A stretch of DNA of 64,000 nt from Candidatus Woesearchaeota archaeon (lineage in GTDB: Archaea > Nanobdellota > Nanobdellia > Woesearchaeales > UBA583): contig CP060218.1 of NCBI GenBank assembly GCA_023898345.1, positions 120,753-184,752 of the forward strand, read 5' to 3'. Shown here one piece after another: positions 9,383 to 18,468 of the stretch; the first letter of the stretch is position 1; each line of letters begins with the position of its first letter. The translations under genes were made by a program, and so were the position numbers. The notes under the pieces were generated by a model. The model saw only the letters and a list, made by a program, of their open reading frames with translations, was not told where the DNA came from and did not search any database.

Positions 9383-9405
9383 AAGTTGTTACAAGTTGTT
9401 ACAAG
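9383..9405. promoter_or_regulatory. tandem 10-mer aagttgttac x2.3 in a divergent promoter region
   Basis: aagttgttacaagttgttacaag lies between the divergent genes 8272..9213 and 9485..10519. Candidate operator; function unknown. Confidence 0.3.
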
Positions 9406-9484
9406 AATGCTTTGGCAAACATAACGTAGTGACAAATCAAAACTTATAAATAAAAACATCTTTCCGGTAATAATTTTTCATAAA

Positions 9485-10519
9485 ATGATTTTAACTGAAA
9501 GCTTAACTGCTCTTGTGAAAGAAGAATTTAGTGTTTTAGCTGCTTCTTATCAAAAGTATGTTTTTACAAGGGAAAGACTTTTGAGACCTCTTGCAGAAGA
9601 TCTTAGGGGACTAAGTACATCTTCCGTTGAAGGTTTAGATCATTATGAAGGAGATAATTTTATAATTTTTAAGTCGAAACTTGAAGATTTTGGAGAATTT
9701 GATGAATCTGGGCTTATGCGAAGAAAATATATGGGAGATACTAAAAGAATTCGTGATGCTTACTCTAGAAGTTTTTGGTGTTTTAATGGTTATATGAAAG
9801 AGTTATTTGAAGATTCAAATACATGGTTAAAATCAAGAGAAACTGGTTTAGAATTAGGAATTAAAAAAGAAATCCAAGAGGAGATTGGCTGTTTAAGGAC
9901 AAATCTTAGACTTGCTGAATATGCATTTTTTAATAGGATGTCTCTAACTTTTGGAGATGATTTCAAAGCTGCATACTTATTTTGGGGAGGCTCATATCTT
10001 CATCAAAGAAGTATCATTTTAAATGAAAATGGTGACTTTTGTGATGATACTTCTCAAAGAGGTCATTGGGATTATGTTGACCAGGGGTTTTCATCTTCTT
10101 CTCTACCTAAAGAAAAAAATATTACTAGAAAACTTAAAGAAAAATGTAGAATTGTTAACCCAGAATTTTTAACTAAGGGTACTTTCATTCCTGATTTTAC
10201 TAATATAAAACATTATGAAGAACTTTTGAGACATGCAAAAAGTACGAGAGTTATTTCTTGGAGAATTCCAAGTGAATTATCTAACAAAACATTAAAGCAG
10301 GTTCCTAGAGAAATACTTCTTGGTTCTTATGATTGGATTCATTATGATAGAGACTTTACGACAAATTTTTCTGCACAGGGGGTTGTCTTTGATCTGTTAA
10401 AACCCAAGGGAATAATTTCTTGTAAGAATGGGTGGCATAGTGGATATCAAAATGATGAAAGGTTTGAAACTCTATATTATAATGAAGAAGGAGACTATGC
10501 ATTATTTAGGAAAGTCTGA
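9485..10519 (+). CDS. hypothetical protein
   Basis: 344-aa ORF with ATG start and ttataaata ~35 nt upstream. No domain recognised. Confidence 0.5.
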   Translation: MILTESLTALVKEEFSVLAASYQKYVFTRERLLRPLAEDLRGLSTSSVEGLDHYEGDNFIIFKSKLEDFGEFDESGLMRRKYMGDTKRIRDAYSRSFWCFNGYMKELFEDSNTWLKSRETGLELGIKKEIQEEIGCLRTNLRLAEYAFFNRMSLTFGDDFKAAYLFWGGSYLHQRSIILNENGDFCDDTSQRGHWDYVDQGFSSSSLPKEKNITRKLKEKCRIVNPEFLTKGTFIPDFTNIKHYEELLRHAKSTRVISWRIPSELSNKTLKQVPREILLGSYDWIHYDRDFTTNFSAQGVVFDLLKPKGIISCKNGWHSGYQNDERFETLYYNEEGDYALFRKV

Positions 10520-10576
10520 TTTTCACACCTAATGGTTAGTGGTGGATGCTGTCTAAAGGAGACGTCTTTCTAGTAG

Positions 10577-12049
10577 TCAACTTGTCTTTTTACTTCCTTT
10601 TGCAATCGTTTTCGTGAACTCCTGTTTCGACAAATGTTCCTTCTTTGCAAGCCGTAAAAGCATTTTGTCAAACTTCGATCCGTACTGCGCTGCTTTCTTT
10701 TTCCGATACGCATAAGGAAGGTCAAGACCAAGATCAAGAGCATATTCTCGAAGGATAATTTTGCTTTCAGATTTGTCGTCGCGAAGTTTGAAACTGGGGT
10801 CGAGCGGCAAAGCAAAATGGATCAAATCATAATCAAGATAGGGAAGTCGAAGTTCAATTCCTTGCGACATCATAAGAAGGTCGTCTCTGTACAAATCACG
10901 CTCGTGAAGACAAAGCAGACCGTGCAGACATTCCTCATTCACATCCTCAACTTTTTTGTGTCTTCGATATCCTGCAAAAAGTTCTTCAGAGCCCAGTCCA
11001 GAAAAACAGATTCTCACTTTGTCTTTTTTCATTTGACGTGCACAAAAATAAAAGGAAAGAGCAACGGAAACTTTCATATACTCGTCACTTTCAATAATTT
11101 TCATGAGTTCGGGAAGAGCTGCTTGCGTTTCTTTCTCGGACACTTTCACAACCTTCAAAGGGAAACCATATTTTTGCGCAATTTCTTTGGCATAGAGAAA
11201 ATCTTCGGCAACTTCAATATTTCCTCCTTCGGCGTATGCTGTGTAGCAGACAAAAGGAACTTGTAATTCCTGAAGTTTCAGAGCAATCAGTGTGGAATCA
11301 ATACCGCCAGAAAAAAGAAGCCCGACACTTTGTTTGCTTTCACTTTGGCGTCTCACTGCTTGGAGAAAATATTTTGAAAGTTCTTTTTTTGCTTCATCGA
11401 AGGATTTACTTCTTTTTCTTTTTTCTTTGAAGGGACACTTTTGCTCAGAAAATGATAGTTCTTGTGTGCTTAGGGAATATGTTAAGTTTTGTCGAGGGCA
11501 GAGTTCTTTTCCTTTTCCTGAAAGTGCTTTATTTTCTGAGGCAAAGTAAAATTCTCCGTTTTTTTCATGCACATAGTACAAAGGTTTTTCTCCCAAATAA
11601 TCTCTTTGAAGCAAAAGAAGATCTTTGTGCAGGTAGGCAAAAGCGTAAGGGCCGCGAAGTTCAAGAAAAATTTTTTCTCGCAAGGTTTTCTTTTCCTGTG
11701 TCATATCAAGAAGAGCATGAAGAAGTTCTGCATCGTTTTTTGCAGTTATCTTATATTTTTGAGAAAGTTCTTTCCAGTTGTAAATTTCACAGTTCGCGAC
11801 AAAGACGCTTTCTTTTCCAAGAAGTGGTTCAGGAACAAAGCCGACAATGGCGTGCAAGGCATGAGCTAGTGCAAAGTTGCTTTTTTGTCCTTTGTGTTCT
11901 TTTAGTTCTTGAAGACTTTTGCCAAGAAAAACTTTGTCGTTCGTGTACAAACCATAGGCATCTTTTCCTCTGTTTTTCATGTGGGCTAGCATGGCAAGCG
12001 TTTTCTTTGTCGCATCTTCTGTATGAAAGGCTCCACTTATTGAACACAT
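10577..12049 (-). CDS. asnB: asparagine synthase (glutamine-hydrolysing)
   Basis: N-terminal MCSISG (Ntn Cys2 amidotransferase), PP-loop SGGIDSTL, overall AsnB architecture. Confidence 0.9.
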   Translation of the reverse strand: MCSISGAFHTEDATKKTLAMLAHMKNRGKDAYGLYTNDKVFLGKSLQELKEHKGQKSNFALAHALHAIVGFVPEPLLGKESVFVANCEIYNWKELSQKYKITAKNDAELLHALLDMTQEKKTLREKIFLELRGPYAFAYLHKDLLLLQRDYLGEKPLYYVHEKNGEFYFASENKALSGKGKELCPRQNLTYSLSTQELSFSEQKCPFKEKRKRSKSFDEAKKELSKYFLQAVRRQSESKQSVGLLFSGGIDSTLIALKLQELQVPFVCYTAYAEGGNIEVAEDFLYAKEIAQKYGFPLKVVKVSEKETQAALPELMKIIESDEYMKVSVALSFYFCARQMKKDKVRICFSGLGSEELFAGYRRHKKVEDVNEECLHGLLCLHERDLYRDDLLMMSQGIELRLPYLDYDLIHFALPLDPSFKLRDDKSESKIILREYALDLGLDLPYAYRKKKAAQYGSKFDKMLLRLAKKEHLSKQEFTKTIAKGSKKTS

Positions 12050-12050
12050 T

Positions 12051-12308
12051 TTAGTTTTTTCCCTTTCTTTTTTTCAAGGCAAGTCCTAGACTGTATATGC
12101 CAACTCCTGTTAGGAATGCATTGAGAGTCACAAAAAGCCAAGTGTGGTAATAGAGGGCATAGATGAAAAGAGCAAAGGAACCGTACACATTAAGTAGGAC
12201 GAATGTTATGTGGTTTTTCCCTAGTTTGTTAAGAGTTTCTAGGACAACAGATAGTGCAATTGCAATGATTCCAGATATTCCAAAAAGGAGAAGGATTTCT
12301 TCGATCAT
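12051..12308 (-). CDS. small membrane protein (3 TM), hypothetical
   Basis: Hydrophobic 85-aa ORF. Its start overlaps the stop of the upstream gene and its stop abuts the asnB start, so it is probably co-transcribed. Confidence 0.5.
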   Translation of the reverse strand: MIEEILLLFGISGIIAIALSVVLETLNKLGKNHITFVLLNVYGSFALFIYALYYHTWLFVTLNAFLTGVGIYSLGLALKKRKGKN

Positions 12309-12691
12309 TTTTTTGGTCTGCTTTCCTCTGGCATGGCACTAAGATGGGCCAAAGTACATTTTATGTCGAAATAATTTTCTTCTTCACTAAGTTGAGCTTT
12401 GATGAGCATAAGACTCTTAAGATTTTTATTTGTTATTATTGAGAGTATTTTCTCTAATTTTTCTTCTCCTATGACGTCGGATGCTCGAATAAAGCTTTTT
12501 GTAATGAGGTCTAGAATATGTTTTTCAACGGTTCCTTGTTCAAAGTTTCGTGCTTCTCCAATTTCTTGAAGGCTTTTTCCTTGGAGGAATAGTTTAAGGG
12601 TTAGTTCGAGAGTTTCTGAAAGTCTTTTTTTTTTGAATGTCTCTTGAGACCATGTAATCCAGCCAGAATTTTTTAGTTTGAGATTTTTCAT
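12305..12691 (-). CDS. helix-turn-helix domain protein (HTH_40-like), hypothetical
   Basis: LQGKSLQEIGEARNFEQGTVEKHILDL resembles the C-terminal HTH found in helicase-associated HTH_40 domains. Weak by-eye call. Confidence 0.45.
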   Translation of the reverse strand: MKNLKLKNSGWITWSQETFKKKRLSETLELTLKLFLQGKSLQEIGEARNFEQGTVEKHILDLITKSFIRASDVIGEEKLEKILSIITNKNLKSLMLIKAQLSEEENYFDIKCTLAHLSAMPEESRPKK

Positions 12692-12735
12692 GAAAAGGAC
12701 TTGGAGTCTCGATTTAAAAAGCTTCTTCTCTCAGG

Positions 12736-13725
12736 AAGTCAGTTGCATAAATCCTCCCTATCTGTGAGATTTTGCAACCACACAAAACACTGCACTATTC
12801 TAAACACACTTTGAAGTTCATACTTCAAAGATCTACAAGCATCCCCAAACCTTCGTTTAAATGCACTAAAACTACGTTCTACTGCAGTTCTGAGTCCATA
12901 ATCAGAAAAATATCTCCATAAGTCAAAATCAATTTGTTGCAAAGTAAATTCTCTGTATCTCAAAGGTTGAGCCAAAATTTTTGGTTTAGCATTTTTGCGA
13001 ATGGGGATTACTGTTTGAATTTGATTTTTGTAACAAAAATCAAATAATTCTATTGCGTCATAGCCACCATCCCCAAATATTTTTTTTGGAAAAATGCTTA
13101 TTTCCTTTAAATTCCTTAAAGCAATTTTTGCATCTCCTCCCCCTTTTTCAGTGGTGACATCAAAAAAAACAACTTCATGTCTTTCATTAATACCAAAATG
13201 AATTTTGGTAAAACTTCTCCTTGTTTTCCATTTATAGGCCATGTATCCTGACCGTTTTACTTGGCTCATTCCCGTGCTATCAACAATCAAATACTTATAT
13301 CTCTTATTTGTAAAATTGTGTTGTTTAACCTCTGCTTTTTGTACAATTCTACGCCAAAGTGTAGTATAAACAGCAACTCTGGGAAGTTTCAAATAATTGC
13401 TTAAAGCAAGAAGGAAGCCTTCTAACTCACGAAATGTGAGTTGATGAATGAATCTTAGTCTTGAACAAAATTCAATGAAATTTTCGGGATAAATTTCAGG
13501 TCTGCCTTTGCAACCTGTTTGAACAGGTTGCCATTCTTGACTCAACCAAGAATGCAAAACTATAAATCCTTCGTGAACATATTTATTTCTGTTGTGAGCT
13601 TTCATTTAGCGATAAAGTTCTCACAACTTTAGTTCTAAAAGTTAAGATGTCACTGGGCTTCCAGTCGCAGCAACCTTAGAAATCAAGTGGAAATTTAATT
13701 TACAAATGATTTATGCAACTGACTT
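12736..13725 (-). mobile_element. IS5/IS4-like insertion sequence, 990 bp, with 18-bp TIRs and a 9-bp target-site duplication
   Basis: Left TIR aagtcagttgcataaatc (12736-12753). Right end gatttatgcaactgactt (13708-13725) is its perfect reverse complement. Flanked by the direct repeat tctctcagg at 12727-12735 and 13726-13734. Confidence 0.88.
12739..13605 (-). CDS. DDE transposase (IS5/IS4 family, DDE_Tnp_1-like)
   Basis: LIVDSTG..., GDGGYDAIELFDF..., RTAVERSFSAFKRRFG are typical D, D and E region motifs. The stop codon lies inside the left TIR. Confidence 0.85.
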   Translation of the reverse strand: MKAHNRNKYVHEGFIVLHSWLSQEWQPVQTGCKGRPEIYPENFIEFCSRLRFIHQLTFRELEGFLLALSNYLKLPRVAVYTTLWRRIVQKAEVKQHNFTNKRYKYLIVDSTGMSQVKRSGYMAYKWKTRRSFTKIHFGINERHEVVFFDVTTEKGGGDAKIALRNLKEISIFPKKIFGDGGYDAIELFDFCYKNQIQTVIPIRKNAKPKILAQPLRYREFTLQQIDFDLWRYFSDYGLRTAVERSFSAFKRRFGDACRSLKYELQSVFRIVQCFVWLQNLTDREDLCN

Positions 13726-13889
13726 TCTCTCAGGTTTTCTCTAGCTTTGTCGCCGTTGAGGCTAGCATGGCAAAAGCAACTGATTTCCCAATAGGATGAT
13801 CGTTTGGATTTTTTGTCCTGAATCTTGGTAATTCTTGATACCTTTGTGAGCATAGTTTTATAAATTTTGGAAAATTCTTCCTTCCTAAA

Positions 13890-15386
13890 ATGGTAGTTAA
13901 GTCTCAACAGAGGGTAGTCTTTTCAGGAATCCTGGCTTTTTTTGTTGTTTCTGTTCTCTTTTTCTTAGGAACAGTTTCAGCAGTTGATATGGGTTTTTTT
14001 GTGGATAGGGACATTGTAGCTGAGGGCGGAGTTTTGTCTTTTATTCTCAGTTTTGCATTTCCTTATGATGAAGTAAATTTTATGAAGAACATTACTGTGG
14101 AGGCAAGAGATGAGCAAGGTGTGCTTTCTTCTTGTTCTTTTGATATGTATGGAACAATACTTTCTTGTGATGACTCTTTCTCCAATGTAGATGCTAGGGA
14201 TGTTTTTAAGGGAAGCTCTGCAAGTGGTTATGGATATGATTCAGGTTATGGTTACGGCTACAATTTCGGTTATGGTTATGACTTTGGTTATGGCTATGGA
14301 GCTTCACAAGACTGTGAATTAGAGGATGCTCAAGGTTATGGTTACGGCAACAATTTCGGTTATGGTTATAACTTTGGTTATGGGTACAGTGTTGAGGGGT
14401 ATGGTTATGCTTCTTCTAGGTGTTCTCAGTCTCCTTCTTTTACAAAAACATTTGAGGTTTCCTTTGATTGGAAAGCTCCAGAGGTAGACGGCAATAAGAC
14501 TGTTCAGTTTTCTTATGTTGCTAGAGATTCAAAAGGTCACAGTTATGATTTAGGGAAAGCTTTAGCAGTAGAGGTTGTTGATGAGGGAGGAAGTCAGGAG
14601 AATGATTCTCAAAGTGCTGAAGCTTCTTTTTCTGTTTTTAGTGCTAGTGTAGAAGGAGGAAATTTTGGAAGTGGTGGTAGTGGTGGTTCTTTTCTCTCTG
14701 AACCTTTGAGACAAAAGTTAGCTTTAATTCTTGGTGTTCCTGTTTATGAAGTTGAGACTATTGATTTAGATAAAAAGGAAGAGGGTAACTTTACAACTCA
14801 GAATCTTTTGGGGGATTCTCTTTTATCTTCAAAGCTTGGAGATTATAATGTCTCTATTTTGGAAGGGCATTATGAAAATATGTATTATGAAGTTGGTTTA
14901 AGTGGTGGAGATGTGCGAGATGTTGTTCTTGTAGAAAAATATCTTTCTTCTTCTGAAGTTGGAAGTGGAACTTTTGTCGAATTTGTCCCTGTTTATTTGG
15001 TAGCTTCAACTTCTGGTATAAAAGGAAATTTTGATGTTCTTAGAAGTTCAGCACCTGTTTTTGCTTTTTCTTCTGTTGATGTTTCAAGTATTGGTGATGA
15101 GAATGTGTATACTTATGGTTTTGAGAAAACAAATTCTTTTTCTCCTGTAGATGCAAAAAGTGTTCTTGTTAGTGAATGGAGTAGTTCTTCTGGATCTGGT
15201 GTTTTAGCAGGTTCTGGAAGTGAGGGGGATCTTGAAGAACCTTTAGTAGTGGAAGCTCCAAGTACTTTTGATTTGGGCGATGCTGTTATTTCCGCGGGAG
15301 TTCCAGGCTTTCTTTTTGCAATTGCTTTTCTGATGGTTCTTCTTGGAACTGTTTTTTTTGCATTTTCAAAAAAAAGTACTCATTAA
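13890..15386 (+). CDS. secreted/anchored surface protein with Gly-Tyr repeat region
   Basis: N-terminal signal/TM (ILAFFVVSVLFFLGTVSA), a GYGYGYNFGYGYDFGYGYG block, Ser/Gly-rich linkers and a C-terminal TM anchor (GFLFAIAFLMVLLGTVFFAF). TATA-like ttttataaat ~28 nt upstream. Confidence 0.65.
   Translation: MVVKSQQRVVFSGILAFFVVSVLFFLGTVSAVDMGFFVDRDIVAEGGVLSFILSFAFPYDEVNFMKNITVEARDEQGVLSSCSFDMYGTILSCDDSFSNVDARDVFKGSSASGYGYDSGYGYGYNFGYGYDFGYGYGASQDCELEDAQGYGYGNNFGYGYNFGYGYSVEGYGYASSRCSQSPSFTKTFEVSFDWKAPEVDGNKTVQFSYVARDSKGHSYDLGKALAVEVVDEGGSQENDSQSAEASFSVFSASVEGGNFGSGGSGGSFLSEPLRQKLALILGVPVYEVETIDLDKKEEGNFTTQNLLGDSLLSSKLGDYNVSILEGHYENMYYEVGLSGGDVRDVVLVEKYLSSSEVGSGTFVEFVPVYLVASTSGIKGNFDVLRSSAPVFAFSSVDVSSIGDENVYTYGFEKTNSFSPVDAKSVLVSEWSSSSGSGVLAGSGSEGDLEEPLVVEAPSTFDLGDAVISAGVPGFLFAIAFLMVLLGTVFFAFSKKSTH
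14226..14408 (+). repeat. in-frame tandem Gly-Tyr(-Asn/Asp-Phe) repeat
   Basis: Two near-identical 57-nt units (14244-14300 and 14334-14390, period 90 nt) encode GYGYGYNFGYGYDFGYGYG and GYGYGNNFGYGYNFGYGYS. Shorter GYGY units flank them. Confidence 0.9.
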
Positions 15387-15453
15387 TTTTAGGGAATTTC
15401 TTCTTCTCCTGTTATGTTCGTCTTATTCTGAACTGATATTTTTTCCACAAATC

Positions 15454-15462
15454 TTTATAAAA
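15454..15462 (+). promoter_or_regulatory. archaeal TATA box of aspS (leaderless arrangement)
   Basis: tttataaaa is centred ~27 nt upstream of the ATG at 15485. The same spacing recurs at several genes in the window. Confidence 0.5.
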
Positions 15463-15484
15463 CTCTTTTATTTCTCCATTTCCT

Positions 15485-17296
15485 ATGGAAAGAACACACA
15501 CATGTGGGGCTTTGAGAATTTCAGATAACAAAAGTTCTGTTCAATTAGTTGGTTGGGCTCAACGTATTCGTGACCACGGAGGAAAAAAATTTATTGACCT
15601 TCGTGATAGGGAAGGAATTACACAGATTGTTTTTGATCCTGAACTTACTCAAGACTTTGTCAAAGTTGAAGAGTTTAGAAGGGAATTTCTTCTTTCAGTA
15701 AAAGGAACTGTTCGTCCAAGGCCTGAGGGGACAGTTAATGAAAAACATGCAACAGGTGAAGTTGAAGTTTTAGTTGCTTCTTTTTCTGTTCTTAGTGAAT
15801 GTGCAGTTTTGCCATTTGATCTTGATGATGAGCATTTTGCTGATGTGAATGAGGAATTGCGTTTAGAGTATCGTTATCTTGATTTGAGGCGTCCGCAAAT
15901 GCAACAGGTCATTATGAGGCGGCACCGTTTTATTCAGACTCTGCGTCGTTATTTGGATGAAAAAGGATTTTTTGAAGTGGAGACGCCAAATCTTACGCGT
16001 TCAACTCCTGAGGGTTCGAGAGATTTTCTTGTTCCTTATAGAAAAAAGAAGGGGGAGTTTTTTGCTTTGCCGCAATCTCCTCAGATGTTTAAGCAACTTT
16101 TGATGGTTGCAGGTTTTGAGAAGTATTTTCAGATAGCTTCTTGTTATAGGGATGAGGATTTGCGAAAGGATAGACAGTATGAACACAAGCAGCTGGATAT
16201 GGAGATTTCTTTTGCTTCACAAGAGGAACTTTTTGTTTTGACTGAAGAAATGATTTCAAAGGCTTTTTCCTCTGTGTATAATATTGAGCTTCAAAAGCCT
16301 TTCTTGCGTCTTCCTTATGCGCAAGCTATGCAGAGATTTGGAAGTGATAAGCCTGACCTGCGTATTGTTGGTATGGAACTTGTTGATGTTAGTTCTCTTG
16401 CTGCAACTTGTGGTTTTTCTGTGTTTAAATCCTCTGTTGAACGTCATGGTGCAGTTAAGGGAATCTGCTTCAAAAATGGACAGGATAAACTTTCTAGGAA
16501 GGATATTGATAAAATCATAGAGCTGGCCCAGAGAGAGTGGGGGGCAAAGGGTCTTGCTTGGATGAAGGTTATGGATGGAAACACAATTGAGAGTTCCATT
16601 ACTAAATTTTTCAAAGAAGAGGAATTGAAAGAATTGATTACGAGTTTTTCAGCGGAAAAAGGAGATCTTCTCTTTTTCGCAGCAGATTCAAAAAAGAAAT
16701 CGGGAGGTATTTTAGATAGTTTGCGACGTTATCTTGCTGAAACTTTTGATATGTATGACAGAAAGGTTAATGGTTTTTGTTTTATTACTGATTTTCCTCT
16801 TTTTGATTGGAATGAAGAGGAGGATTTTCTGACTTTTGAGCATTCTCCTTTTACTATGCCTAAAGATGGTGATGTTGAATATCTTCTTAGTCTTGGTGCA
16901 AAAGATGTGAAGAAGGAAAAGGAAAAGCTTCTTTCTTTGTTGTCTTGTTCTTATGATTTAGTGTATAATGGTGTAGAGATGGGTTCTGGAGCTTTTCGTA
17001 TTTTTAGTCCTCCTCTTCAAAGGAAAATCTTTGAGCTTTTAGGAAAAAGTGATGCTGACATTGATGCAAGTTTTGGCTGGTTCATGAAAGCTTATCGATT
17101 TGGCGCTCCCCCTCATAGGGGATGGGGTCTTGGGATTGACAGGCTTCTGATGTTGGCAGAGGGTAAGGCTTCGATTCGGGATGTTATTCCTTTCCCTAGG
17201 AATAAGCATGGATTTTGTCCTCTCACTCAGTCGCCGGCAGCTGTTGATGAGAAGCAGTTAAAGGATCTTGGTCTAAAACTTATTGCCAAGAAATAA
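15485..17296 (+). CDS. aspS: aspartyl-tRNA synthetase, bacterial-type (long form with insertion domain)
   Basis: 603 aa. Has an N-terminal OB-fold anticodon-binding region, class II motifs (FFALPQSPQ, ...GSGAFRI, GAPPHRGWGLGIDRL) and a ~130-aa insertion between motifs 2 and 3, as in bacterial AspRS. Confidence 0.92.
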   Translation: MERTHTCGALRISDNKSSVQLVGWAQRIRDHGGKKFIDLRDREGITQIVFDPELTQDFVKVEEFRREFLLSVKGTVRPRPEGTVNEKHATGEVEVLVASFSVLSECAVLPFDLDDEHFADVNEELRLEYRYLDLRRPQMQQVIMRRHRFIQTLRRYLDEKGFFEVETPNLTRSTPEGSRDFLVPYRKKKGEFFALPQSPQMFKQLLMVAGFEKYFQIASCYRDEDLRKDRQYEHKQLDMEISFASQEELFVLTEEMISKAFSSVYNIELQKPFLRLPYAQAMQRFGSDKPDLRIVGMELVDVSSLAATCGFSVFKSSVERHGAVKGICFKNGQDKLSRKDIDKIIELAQREWGAKGLAWMKVMDGNTIESSITKFFKEEELKELITSFSAEKGDLLFFAADSKKKSGGILDSLRRYLAETFDMYDRKVNGFCFITDFPLFDWNEEEDFLTFEHSPFTMPKDGDVEYLLSLGAKDVKKEKEKLLSLLSCSYDLVYNGVEMGSGAFRIFSPPLQRKIFELLGKSDADIDASFGWFMKAYRFGAPPHRGWGLGIDRLLMLAEGKASIRDVIPFPRNKHGFCPLTQSPAAVDEKQLKDLGLKLIAKK

Positions 17297-17309
17297 TTTT
17301 TTTCTGTAT

Positions 17310-18428
17310 CTAGAGAAATCTTTCTTTAAGTTTGTTTTTGTTTTTCTCAAGAAAAAACTTAAGAATTGGTAGGTCTTCAATTTTGATTTTCCCAATAAAC
17401 AAATCGTTAATGTCGTTTTCTTCTGCAAATTCTTTTATTTTAAAGTAGCCCTTAAAATAAACATAGTCTTTTGTGTAGCCTCCGTGCTGAGACGTGTCGC
17501 AGAGATTTCTTTTTGCTCTAAGGGAAAGTGTGAAGGCATCGTTTTCTTTAAATTTATATTTTCTTAGTGTATGAAAAAGTTCGTAAAAACTTTGAGTTTG
17601 GGCAAAGTGAGTTGCAAGGACTCTGCCTGCATAAATAAAGAGTTGGGCTTTTGAAAGAACATGATTTAAGTCTTCTGCGTAGACAGCAAGGCCTTCTTCA
17701 GTTTCTAAATAATTGGCAGTTCCTGTCTGAAGGAGTTTTATGCCAAAATTTTTACAGTTCCAGTAACGCATATAGTGCACTCCAATTTCGTGAACTCTAA
17801 GGCGCTCTAAATCGAGTGTGGTAAATGCTTCAAGAGGGTTTATTTTAATTTCTCCCTCTTTAGAATTGATGTTCAATTTGTTTGCTAAAGGTTTGAAAAT
17901 AATTTTAATATCTTCCCCAGTTTTTCGTTTAACTTCCTTTTGGAGTTCTTCGCCAACTTTTTGTGGTGTAATTCTTCGAAAGCGAACTTTTTCTCTTTTG
18001 TATGTTTTGCAGAATTGTTGGGCTTTTTTTACTATTTCTGGAGAGGGGATTCCTTTTGCTTGGATAATGTATTGTGTGGATGAAGTTTCTCCCCAATGCT
18101 GAAATGCTTTTGCAATATAGTAACGTTCAAGACTTTTTTCTTTGAGAAGTTTTTTGAAACCGAAGTGGTCGTTCTTTATGTCAATCTTAAAGCTGCGAAG
18201 TTTCTCGATATCTGCATCTTTGTACAATAGTTTTTCGTAGGTGAATTGGGGGTTGTACACTTCTTTTTTTTCAAGTGCAGCAAAAAATTTCTCTTTTTCT
18301 TCTTTGCTGTTCAAAGGTTTTGGGTAGTTATCGTCGTGACTATCTGGAATAATTTTTGAAAGTTTTTTTTCGATTTCCATTACTTCTTCAAGATAGGCTT
18401 TCATTGTTCTAGCTTTAGATTTATTCAT
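17310..18428 (-). CDS. DUF1704/MATCAP-like putative metallocarboxypeptidase
   Basis: HExxH (VHEIGVH) followed by ETEEGLAVYAE, which resembles the QEGLA motif of the DUF1704 family. By-eye family call. Confidence 0.55.
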   Translation of the reverse strand: MNKSKARTMKAYLEEVMEIEKKLSKIIPDSHDDNYPKPLNSKEEKEKFFAALEKKEVYNPQFTYEKLLYKDADIEKLRSFKIDIKNDHFGFKKLLKEKSLERYYIAKAFQHWGETSSTQYIIQAKGIPSPEIVKKAQQFCKTYKREKVRFRRITPQKVGEELQKEVKRKTGEDIKIIFKPLANKLNINSKEGEIKINPLEAFTTLDLERLRVHEIGVHYMRYWNCKNFGIKLLQTGTANYLETEEGLAVYAEDLNHVLSKAQLFIYAGRVLATHFAQTQSFYELFHTLRKYKFKENDAFTLSLRAKRNLCDTSQHGGYTKDYVYFKGYFKIKEFAEENDINDLFIGKIKIEDLPILKFFLEKNKNKLKERFL

Positions 18429-18468
18429 CGTTTTATAATAATTTTTGTACTACATTTAAGTTTCAAAA

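Noticed and set aside
10817-12054. Several long ORFs (up to 200 aa) on the plus strand opposite asnB
   Set aside because: They lie antisense to a gene with clear AsnB motifs, have low-complexity F/L/K/R-rich translations and overlap one another. This is typical stop-poor antisense frames.
14226-14408. CRISPR-like or non-coding tandem repeat
   Set aside because: The repeats are in frame inside a long ORF, encode a Gly-Tyr motif, and lack unique spacers of constant length.
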